Shown here piece after piece: positions 56,905 through 64,000 of a stretch of DNA of 64,000 bases; the stretch's first letter is position 1; each line of letters opens with the position of its first letter. Below the pieces are notes generated by a model. The model had not been told where the DNA came from, searched no databases, and saw only the letters and a program-made list of their open reading frames with translations. Source of the stretch: Octopus vulgaris (taxonomy: Eukaryota); the NCBI GenBank assembly GCA_951406725.2, contig OX597835.1, forward strand, positions 18,104,001-18,168,000, in the 5' to 3' direction. Position numbers and translations under genes: made by a program.

Positions 56905-57155
56905 TGCCGATGGCAATATCGCCTGATTGGCAGTCATGCCGGCGGCATGTAAAATGCACCATTCGAGCGTGGTCGGTGCCAGTGCCGCCCGATGTGTCCC
57001 GAGCCAGTGGCACGTAAACAGTACCCACTATGCCTTCGGAGTGGTTGACATTAGGAACGGCATCCAGCTGTAAAAACATTGCCAGATCAGATTGGAGCCT
57101 GATGCAGCATTCCGTCTCGCCATCCCCCAGTCAAACCGTCCAGCCCATGCCAGCA
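56905..57155 (+). mobile_element. Probable SINE body fragment of a further family
   Basis: GC-rich island with gtggttgacattaggaacggcatccagctgtaaaaac and an internal repeat (ggca(t/c)gtaaa). Confidence 0.5.
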
Positions 57156-57187
57156 TATTTTTGCGTATATATATATATATATATATA

Positions 57188-57472
57188 TCACGTAACCGAC
57201 CAGTCCATCAGATGTAGTTACACATCGCTGGTCACAATGCGTTCGCATTGTTTTAGCCTTCGAATGACGCCACTCCGCTGGCTAAGCGAGCAGGCCAACA
57301 GAAGAAAGAGTGGTGAAAGAGTACAGCAGGGGTCACAACCTCCTGCAGGAGCCTCGTGGAGCTGTAAGTGTTTTCACTCAATAAACACTCACAACGTCCG
57401 GTCTGGGAATCGAAACAGCGATCCTACGAACGCGAGTCCGCTGCCCTAACCACAGGGCCATTGCGCCTCCAC
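57188..57472 (-). mobile_element. SINE family B, tail type 2, inserted in (TA)n
   Basis: Homologous to 23326-23613. Confidence 0.85.
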
Positions 57473-57473
57473 A

Positions 57474-57562
<89 letters not shown>

Positions 57563-57611
57563 CATATGCAAAATAAATATACATATTACACACATACACA
57601 CACACACACAT

Positions 57612-57656
<45 letters not shown>

Positions 57657-58036
57657 AATATATATATGAATGTATGTATGTTTGTAGGTACGTACGTACG
57701 GATGTATGTATGTAGTCGTTATTTTTTATTCCATATAATAAATGGAGAGTACAAAGCTTATAATACAGAACATATTATTCATGTTTTCCGTAGGACTGGT
57801 CGGAATTGTTGTTGTTGTTATTACTGATAATTTACTGCTGTTGTTTTTGTGATTGCTTTTGTTGTCCTTAATATTGCTGTTGCCGTGGTTGTTGCAGTTT
57901 TTGTTATAGATTTCCAAATAGGGATATAGAAAGGAAAAGTATGTCAAATCAATATTTAGTACACCTAGGGAATGATCGGAAAGTGAAGGAGACACAAAGA
58001 GATAGAGAATAAGAGAAAGAGAGAGAGAGAGAGAGT

Positions 58037-58074
<38 letters not shown>

Positions 58075-58561
58075 TGGGAGTCAGGGTGAGTGAGAAAGAG
58101 AAGAAGGGAGGGTGAATATGGGGAGGATGGGTTGAGCAAATAAATGAATTAAAGAAGGAAAAAATAGAAGGGTGTATATAGACGGAAATAGAATGTATAT
58201 GTATATTAAAGGAACCCCCCCCAAAACAGAAGGAAAACACAAAGAGGAGATGGAAAATTAATGGTAGTTATGGAAGACATAAAGGAAGGAAGAAAGGGTG
58301 AAATGAAGGAAGGGGGAAAGAATGAAAGAAGGAAGAAGAAAATGTTACAATAGAGGGAAATATATATGGAATAGAATGCAGAATGAGTATATATAAACAC
58401 GACGAGCTCTACAATTGATACATACATACATACGCATAAACGTCCTCTCTTACTCACCCCCAGGACATAAAAACATAGGTACACAAACGCACATACACAC
58501 AGGCACGCTTACACACACATGCTGACACACACACACATACAATCACATCCACACACACACA

Positions 58562-58609
<48 letters not shown>

Positions 58610-58816
58610 AAGTTAATCCAAACAAGAAAACAAAAACAAAAGAACAACAACGGAAGGACGTGGAACAAATAAAGTATTATTGGACGCTCAGGAATGAAGG
58701 GAAGAAGGATGGTCTGACGTTTCGAGCGGAGCTCTTCGTTGGAAACATAGGAGAAGGAAAGATCCCGAGAAGGGAAGACAGGGGAAAAAAATCGCTAGTG
58801 ATACAGACGAGGTCAC

Positions 58817-58820
<4 letters not shown>
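58610..58820 (-). mobile_element. Repeat family D2 with mutated hammerhead motif (58712-58746)
   Basis: Minus strand: gttt CCAACGA a gagc tcc gctc GAAA c GTC agac. Confidence 0.6.
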
Positions 58821-58852
<32 letters not shown>

Positions 58853-59304
58853 CATGATTTCGTAGAGACCTAGAGATAGTAATAAACAATTGCTAGAACT
58901 GAATATATATAAGCTTTTGCAATATATCACTACAAGTATGAAGCGTCTATTGTCAGGATTCAGTGATTCGGGGAAGCTATAGGTTGCTGAAGAAGCGCTC
59001 AACTCCGATTAATCTTCTTCGCACACGTGAAACAGGTGTAAGGTAATGATAGAGAATACGTAACTCTTCTTTTGTCGCTCATTAACTGATATTTCGCTCT
59101 CAATATTTTTACAAACATGCATTCACTCTCTCTCACTCTCTCTTTCCTTCTTTCTTTTCCTTTCTATATTTCTTTCTTTCTTTCTTTCCCTCCTCTCTCT
59201 CCCACAAGGACACACATGTGGATGTAATTGCGTATGTATGTATATATGTCTTGATTTATGTATGTATGTATGCCTGCAGGCATTTTCTATGCATGTATGT
59301 ATGC

Positions 59305-59356
<52 letters not shown>

Positions 59357-59428
59357 CATTATATATAAGGGCTTAGTAAAATAAATTACTTTGCCACATA
59401 CTGAACTCATTAGAAATAGCAGCTAAAG

Positions 59429-59463
<35 letters not shown>

Positions 59464-59859
59464 TGTATTTATGTGTCTTTATGTGACCCTATTTACTGGA
59501 TCTTGAGGAAATCAACAAAGTCGAAACGATGAATATACAGACTTTTCTTGGTAAACTAAAACAAAATAAGTGTATTAGAGAGGGCAATTGGGGAGGTATT
59601 CAGATGGAGAATAGTGATAGTAGGAAATGAATTTCAAGGGTTAATGGTTAACAATGTGGTTAATACATATTTTATACACATATAAATAAATACATGTATG
59701 GTTGCATATGTATAGATGCGGTGGTTTGCACGCTTCGGCTAATTAGCGAATTTAACGTTTTGTTTAGTGGTGTACAGTTTTCGCTAACTTTGGAAACCGT
59801 TAGCGGACCAATTAAATTGCGCTAATTTTAGTTCCGTTAACATTAAGTCCGCTAACAAT

Positions 59860-60247
59860 TGCTGGAAGCACTCCGTCGGTTACGACGACGAGGGTTCCGG
59901 TTGATCCGAATCAACAGAACAGCCTGCTCGTGAAATTAACGTGTAGGTGGCTGAGCACTCCACAGACACGTGTACCCTTAGCGTAGTTCTCGGGGATATT
60001 CAGCGTGACACAGAGAGTGACAAGGCCGGCCCTTTGAAATACAGGTACAACAGAAACAGGAAGTAAGAGTGAGAGAAAGTTGTGGTGAAAGAGTACAGCA
60101 GGGATCACCACCATCACTTGCCGGAGCCTCATGGAGCTTTAGGTGTTTTCGCTCAATAAACACTCACAACGCCCGGTCTGGGAATCGAAACCGCGATCCT
60201 ATGACCGCGAGTCCGCTGCCCTAACCACTGGGCCATTGCGCCTCCAC
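59860..60247 (-). mobile_element. SINE family B, tail type 1, 11-bp TSD
   Basis: TSD ccgctaacaat at 59849-59859 and 60248-60258. Confidence 0.92.
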
Positions 60248-60419
60248 CCGCTAACAATATTCATACGTTGAATGGTGTGGACGTGTCTCGAAGACTCCGT
60301 CAGGCAAGCTATTGACTGACTACATACAAACGTGACAAGACATGATTGGTCTATGTAGCAGCAGCTGGCTGAGCGGCATAGTGTAATTCTTCAATTTTGA
60401 GTTGTGTTCACTTACGACG

Positions 60420-60880
60420 TTGTCGCATTACTGAGAGTCTTACAGTGTCAGCGACAGCAGTGTACGTTTTCGGTTTGTCAAGCTATCGCTTATCGTCATG
60501 GAGACTGAAAAGTTTTTGTTCGTCTTGAGGATGAAGGTCCTGTTGAGAAGTCTGCAATGGCTATTGAGAAGTCTGACCAACAGTAAAAAAAAATAGTTTT
60601 CAGTTGCACAAGATCTCCCTGATTGTATCGACAACAATGAAAACATTTTGAAAATTTTTGCGTAGGCCTTTGAGCAGCTATCACGAAGCCTTTGGCAAAG
60701 TTTGATGCAGATTCTCTGCTCGTTATTCTCTGTCAGCGTCAATGCGTTGATCACACGCTACACACTTTCCTTCCAAGCACTGATGTAAGGTGTGGAGGTG
60801 AGCTAAAACGTTAAAACGTTGTTGCTTTAGCTTCGATACTATGGCAACAATTCGGATACTTATTGATCACATCACGTTTA
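60420..60880 (-). mobile_element. Mariner remnant: one TIR-like end and transposase N-terminus
   Basis: EQRICIKLCQRLRDSCSKAYAKI resembles mariner N-termini; minus-strand acgtgatgtgatcaataagtatccg resembles a mariner TIR. Confidence 0.55.
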
Positions 60881-60887
60881 TAAATTA

Positions 60888-61284
60888 CTAGCAGTATCGC
60901 CCGGCGTTGCTCGGGTTTGTAAGGGAAATAACTATATAAGCATTTTTAGAGAGTTATAGCCAAAAAATATTTAAAAAATGCATTAAAAATGGAAAAAAAA
61001 TTATGGTAATTTTTTTTAAAAATCGTTGACTCATCGTAGACATTTTTAGAGAGTTACTTCCCTTATATAATAGCGAGAAAATGCATTAAAATGGAAAAAA
61101 TGATGGTAAATTATTTTTAAAATCGTAGACTCATCGTAGACGCGCGCTAATACCCAGAAGGGCTCGATATGAATCACGACTATAAGATACCCGGTTTTGG
61201 TTAAACTACACCGCAAAATGTGGGAGTAGTTAGGAATCTAAATCGTAGGAGACAGACACACAACTTCACTTTTATATATAAAGA
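60888..61284 (-). mobile_element. Non-autonomous Helitron
   Basis: 5' TCtttatatataaaag, 3' hairpin cccgagcaacgccggg then CTAG followed by T; internal ~100-bp tandem pair 60941-61040 / 61041-61140. Confidence 0.8.
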
Positions 61285-62235
61285 AATGTGAAGTAAATAA
61301 AGAGACAAAACATGGAATGACTGAAGGAAAAAAAGAAACTGAAATAAATAGCAAAAAGTTTATGTGTCATGAAGAGCGATGCAACAGCATGAGAAACAGA
61401 AGAAATGGAAAGAAAGATGAATTGGAGAATATATAGGAAGAAAAATGGAAGAAAAATCTAAACAACGATAGGAGGAGAATGTGAGTGATATGAATGTAAA
61501 CTTAACGAAAACGAGGCTTACAATGAACGAAAATTTAAAGAAGAAGTATGAAATCGGAAGAAGAAGACTGAAAGTGTGGTAAATAAAATTATATTTTTTA
61601 AAAAAGGGATAAATATAAAAAGAAAAACTTATGATGGAATGAAAGAATTAGTGAATGTAAGAATTGATGGAGATGGACGGATTGAGAAAGAAGGAAAATA
61701 AATTGATAGAGAGGATGGAAGAGCGAGGAAAACCGGGAAGAAATGCCGCAAAAAAACAGGGGAAAAAAAAGGACACAGATCCGAGGAAGTTGAAGTAAAT
61801 AAATGAAAGGTAAATATATATTGAAACATTAACGGAAAAGCAGAAACCACACACGTACATACACACACACATGCACATACATACATACATACATACATAC
61901 ATACATACACACAGACACAAATTTAGAAAGACGACACTAAAAATAGATGTTGATAAATAAAAAAAAAGATGTAGAAGAAAAATAAATGAGACAGAAAGGA
62001 AACACAAAATCGCAGAAATAACAAAAAAGGAAGATAAAGTACAAAAATAAAACAAAGAGGACAAAATGGCGGAAATCTAAAGAAAAAAAAACTTTGTAAC
62101 AAGAAGTAATCAAATATCTCTTTTATCAAATTCTGGTTATTTAAAAATAATTATTATTCATTATATGTATAAATACAGATAGACGTGTATATATATGTGT
62201 GGTGCGGGTAGGCGTGGGAGTCTATACGTACATAT

Positions 62236-62353
<118 letters not shown>

Positions 62354-62567
62354 TAATATATGAGTATATGTGTGCGAGTGTGTGTATGGGTCTCTGTACG
62401 TGCGTATGTATGTGTTTTCTCGAGACACAGCCATCTACATACATATATATCTATGTGTATGTTGTGATATATTTTTGCATATGTCTATGTACGTCTTTAC
62501 CTTTAAAGAAACATATATTGATATACACGCACATACATATGCATATACGTGGGTATACATACATACA

Positions 62568-62645
<78 letters not shown>

Positions 62646-62879
62646 TTCTTTAGGGGAGTTAAAACATTTTTTGAGACATACATTTAGAATAAGAAAACAC
62701 ATAAGCGTATTATATCCAGAAAAGAACTTCGTGTTTGTGTTTGTGTGTGTAGATCACTGGTCTTTCAATAATTGGTTTGGAAGTCTGGAGATTCCATTCT
62801 TTTTTTTATAACGAGGTTTATAAATAAATAAGAATTATTTTAACTCTAGGCACAATAGCCTTGAAAATTTGGAGCTGGG

Positions 62880-63060
62880 GGAGGATAGTTGATTGCATCG
62901 ACATGAATACCAGTGCATAACTGGTATTCATTTCATCGACCCGGAAAGTATGAAAGGTAAACTCGAGCTCGGCAGAATTTGAATACATAACGAAGCAGAA
63001 GACGAAATGGCGCTAAACATTTCGCCCAACACCCGAACGTCTCTTCAACCTCACCGCCTT
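62880..63060 (-). mobile_element. SINE family C, diverged (similar remnants near 11090-11240, 41755-41880, 45460-45660, 51590-51760)
   Basis: tttcatcgacccggaaagtatgaaaggtaaactcgagctcggcagaatttgaa. Confidence 0.7.
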
Positions 63061-63322
63061 ATAAGTATGTCATTCTGCTAGGTGACGGTTTCGTAGGTCA
63101 GGGTGTTTAGATTGCGATACATGTGTGTGTGTGTGTGTGTGTATAAATATATATAAAATAGGAGAACAAGCAAGGGTCGAAGTAAGATGCAAGAATGATA
63201 AGATATGAGATCCCAGCACCTGCAAAGATAAGCCAAAAGTATGATGTGTAAAATTACAACATACAGGTGGTGCTCCAGTATGACCGAACCTGGATTGCTG
63301 CAACGAATAAATGGATAAAAGA

Positions 63323-63398
<76 letters not shown>

Positions 63399-63402
63399 AC
63401 AT

Positions 63403-63487
<85 letters not shown>

Positions 63488-63770
63488 CAGAGAGAGGAGA
63501 GAGAGAAATTTATTATGGGTTTATAGGATATGATATCCTGGCGGTTACCGTTTTCCACTTTGTACGGTTTAAGATGCTGGCTTACCAGGAAGGCCTTTTT
63601 GTGACACCCGAGTTACTAACTAAGTTGCTAGACTCTGGTATCTATTGTACCCTGGTAAATCAGAGTGCCCTATTCAGGACTTCATATTTTCCATAGAATA
63701 TTTAATAGTGTTTATAATGATGAGGAGAAAGATTTTTCACATCCATACTTTTATAAAAGAGATAATTAGA

Positions 63771-64000
63771 GCATCCTGTTATGGACCTAAGCGCATTTAA
63801 ACTGCATCGTCAGCACGCTATTGGATATGCAACTTGATATGCTATCATGGTCGGTGTAGTTTCATAGAAGTTCTGGTTTCCTGCCGTTTGGAAATGAAGC
63901 TGAAAGAATCAGCAAACTGCAACGACCATGTCACTAGGTTGCATATCTAACGGTGTGCAGTCGATGCAGTTGAAACGCGCTTAGGTCAATAAACGAATGC
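63771..64000 (+). repeat. Imperfect foldback running to the window edge (arms 63771-63862 / 63914-64000)
   Basis: gacctaagcgc/gcgcttaggtc, aactgcatcg/cgatgcagtt, ttggatatgcaactt/aggttgcatatctaa, catggtcg/cgaccatg. Confidence 0.85.

Overview
AT-rich, microsatellite-dense eukaryotic DNA; the SINE families and (TA)n/(TATC)n/(AAT)n/(GAT)n density suggest an octopus genome (inference). I recognise no intact host gene, and almost all ORF-track entries are microsatellite translations. The window holds three abundant tRNA-derived SINE families, LINE remnants (CR1-like, R4/Dong-like, HERO-like), a Penelope endonuclease remnant with a 5' inversion, decayed Tc1/mariner-superfamily transposases, a non-autonomous Helitron and a MITE. 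The most notable signal is RNA structure in short islands embedded in (TA)n tracts: (i) a hammerhead-like RNA with an intact core, non-circularly permuted strands and a canonical k-turn at 4093-4238, echoed in a LINE 3' UTR at 24789-24901; (ii) about ten minimal type I hammerhead motifs, one with a U3-A8 core swap at the tip of a long rod (41020-41061); (iii) four imperfect, G-U-rich rod-like foldbacks. All pairings were found by eye, boundaries are approximate, and no activity has been tested.
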